Shown: positions 1-1,120 of the stretch, one piece after another | How the letters are laid out: each line of letters starts with the position of its first letter | Position numbering within the stretch: the first letter of the stretch is position 1 | DNA from: Naegleria gruberi | Lineage: Eukaryota | DNA: 1,120 nucleotides | Reading direction: 5' to 3' (one strand) | Assembly: GCA_000004985.1 (NCBI GenBank) | Contig: GG739548.1 | The notes under the pieces: generated by a model | The model's database searches: none | The model's input: only the letters and a program-made list of their open reading frames with translations | What the model was told of the DNA's origin: nothing | Made by a program: the position numbers and the translations under genes

Positions 1-1120
1 TCTAAAATGAAATATTGACTCAAATTTGAATCTAAACGTGCTGATTTGATAGCATTCTTAATAGCAAAATAAACACTTGATCCTAAAAATAGTGGTGGTT
101 CACCTACTGCTTTAGATCCATACGTTGCTGTTCTACCACTTTGTGCAATTTTATCCATCATATTATTACTATTATTCATATTAATAGTCTTGACATTATC
201 ATTTCCATTATTACTATTCATATTATTGTGATCTAATAAATGAATATTAAATTGCATTGGTATATCATTAGCAGATGGTATTTTATATGCACCTGGACCA
301 CGTGTAAAAACAGAACCTTGTTGAAACCATTGATGATTTTCATCACCATAAATGAATTCTTCCATTGTGTATAAACCCATTCCCTGAATGAATGCACCTT
401 CAATTTGACCAATATCAATAGCTGGATTTAAACTATTACCTAAATCCATTACAATATCACTTCTAATAACACTCCAATCACCTGTTAATGTATCAATTTC
501 AACTTCACTAGCTGCACATCCATATGTAAAATAATTAAATGGTTTACCTTCTCCTTTATTCCAATCCATCCAAACATCTTTACTTGTACTATAATATCCT
601 GTTGCACTTAATGATATATCTCCTTGGAAATAGGCATTCTTAATTAATTCTTTCCATTCTTCACTTGTTAATTTAGGTGGTAATCTTTCCAAATCTTGTT
701 TTATAATTGTATTTAAATCTTCTCTTATTATACTATTATCTAAATTATTTATATTATTATTTGTATTATTTAAATTTATATTATTATTATTTAAATTATT
801 ATTCATATTATTAATATTATTTAAATTAAAATGATCATTTTCATCATAATATAAATGAGGAAATAATTTTCTTTTTAAAGAATCTAATCTATTATTTAAA
901 GTTTGACATGCTTTAATAACAGCTTGACCATATAAATCTGAAGAAACAGAAGCAGCAGTAGCAGATGTATTTGGTACTTTATCAGTACTTGTATCAGATA
1001 AATGTATAAATTCTAATGGTATACCTAATGTAGTTGAAACACATTGAATCATTTTAATAAATAAACCTTGACCCATACATACACCAACTATACTTAATAA
1101 AACACTTGCATCATTAAAAT
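1..1120 (-). CDS. xdh: Internal, partial-at-both-ends fragment of a xanthine dehydrogenase / aldehyde oxidase family molybdo-flavoenzyme (C-terminal molybdopterin-binding domain). Complete codons span + 3..1118. The N-terminus lies beyond + 1120. The C-terminus lies a few dozen codons beyond + 1.
   Basis: I reverse-complemented and translated by hand. The frame with codons at + 3-5, 6-8, ... is open for all 372 codons. Translation: [84 protein letters not shown]...[143 protein letters not shown]...[42 protein letters not shown]. Block for block this parallels mammalian XDH as I recall it (…MGQGLHTKMVQVAS…SETSTNTVPNTSPTAASVSADLNGQAV…LSATGFY…FSYGVACSEVEIDCLTGDH…[34 protein letters not shown]…TRGPSTYKIPA…[26 protein letters not shown]…). 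Absence of a stop over 372 codons in ~72% AT DNA is itself strong evidence of coding. Codon usage (tta, ggt, cca, aga, caa, NNT/NNA third positions) fits Dictyostelium. The symbol xdh is given at family level. XDH versus AOX paralogue cannot be settled from this window. Confidence 0.9.
81..116 (-). other. Conserved active-site loop [12 protein letters not shown]. The Glu codon gaa is encoded by ttc at + 99..101 and corresponds to the catalytic base of XDH/AOX enzymes (bovine XDH Glu1261).
   Basis: + 90..101 tagtggtggttc reverse-complements to gaa cca cca cta (E P P L). The flanking codons complete SKAVG and [14 protein letters not shown], the near-invariant C-terminal signature of this family. 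Confidence 0.85.
153..233 (-). repeat. Second Asn-rich low-complexity coding insertion (DHNNMNSNNGNDNVKTINMNNSNNMMD), about 27 residues longer than the corresponding mammalian loop. It sits immediately N-terminal to the catalytic-Glu loop.
   Basis: In-frame aat/agt/atg-rich stretch between the conserved …FNIHLL and …[12 protein letters not shown] blocks. Mammalian XDH has only ~7 residues (RDCPNKK) here. Confidence 0.75.
372..428 (-). other. Conserved molybdopterin-domain motif [19 protein letters not shown].
   Basis: Direct translation of the minus strand. It is near-identical to mammalian XDH [19 protein letters not shown]. Confidence 0.85.
732..839 (-). repeat. Imperfect (AAT)n / (ATT)n trinucleotide-rich tract encoding an Asn-rich low-complexity segment (NDHFNLNNINNMNNNLNNNNINLNNTNNNINNLDNS). 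It is the core of a ~64-residue lineage-specific insertion relative to mammalian XDH. The wider insertion spans roughly + 641..866.
   Basis: The + strand shows att/tta-dominated sequence at 721-840. In the XDH frame this reads as runs of Asn interrupted by L/I/M/T. The flanks align with mammalian XDH (…ACQT.L.RL…KRK upstream, …EEWKEL.KNAY…LSATGYY downstream, where human has only ~11 residues in between). No GT…AG intron-like boundaries occur inside the tract, and the frame is maintained. Confidence 0.8.

Noticed and set aside
169-214. A possible short intron inside Asn-rich insertion 2: on the minus strand a GT (gtaataatgg…) … AG (…aataatag) pair about 46 nt apart.
   Set aside because: 46 nt is shorter than typical dictyostelid introns and is not a multiple of 3. 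The donor is not the gtaagt-like consensus. The interior contains G/C-bearing codons (ggaaatgataatgtcaagact) unlike the >90% AT introns of this lineage. The frame reads through cleanly.
233-418. 61-aa minus-strand ORF from the supplied track (MILVKLKVHSFREWVYTQWKNSFMVMKIINGFNKVLFLHVVQVHIKYHLLMIYQCNLIFIY).
   Set aside because: It lies in a different minus frame (low coordinate 233, congruent to 2 mod 3) from the conserved XDH frame (codon low coordinates congruent to 0 mod 3). It is hydrophobic and AT-codon-biased, has no recognisable homology, and is wholly embedded in a strongly conserved CDS. It is a frame-shifted artefact of AT-rich sequence.
721-840. The att/tta-rich tract as a candidate non-coding AT-rich intron or intergenic spacer.
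   Set aside because: There is no GT on the minus strand anywhere between minus-strand positions ~285 and ~387, so there is no donor site. The reading frame is maintained with zero stops. Conserved XDH blocks resume in the same frame on both sides. It is a coding poly-Asn tract.
1-1120. Plus-strand coding potential, promoters, terminators, CRISPR repeats, mobile-element termini.
   Set aside because: No plus-strand ORF of note. No regularly spaced direct repeats with unique spacers. No inverted terminal repeats or transposase-like translation. The whole window is accounted for by one minus-strand housekeeping CDS, so regulatory elements are not expected and none is supportable.
1-1120. The prompt's suggestion that a novel, undescribed system might be present.
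   Set aside because: Every alignable stretch of the translation matches a deeply conserved, well-characterised enzyme family. The only non-conserved parts are low-complexity Asn tracts typical of the inferred host genome. Nothing here supports a new system.

Overview
The whole 1120-bp window lies inside one uninterrupted reading frame on the minus strand: 372 complete codons, minus-strand codons occupying + positions 3..1118, with no stop and no intron detected. Its translation is an unmistakable match to the C-terminal molybdenum-cofactor-binding region of eukaryotic xanthine dehydrogenase / aldehyde oxidase (XDH/AOX molybdo-flavoenzyme family). Alignable motifs include [103 protein letters not shown] and the catalytic [23 protein letters not shown]. 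The supplied ORF track misses this gene because the frame is open at both window edges. The only ORF the track reports (233..418, 61 aa) is an out-of-frame artefact inside the real CDS. Composition, codon usage and two in-frame poly-Asn low-complexity insertions point to an AT-rich eukaryote, most plausibly a dictyostelid social amoeba, not a prokaryote. I see no CRISPR, mobile element, RNA gene, promoter or any sign of a novel system. The window is a single conserved purine-catabolism gene. The modestly interesting points are lineage-specific Asn-rich insertions, one directly abutting the catalytic-Glu loop.
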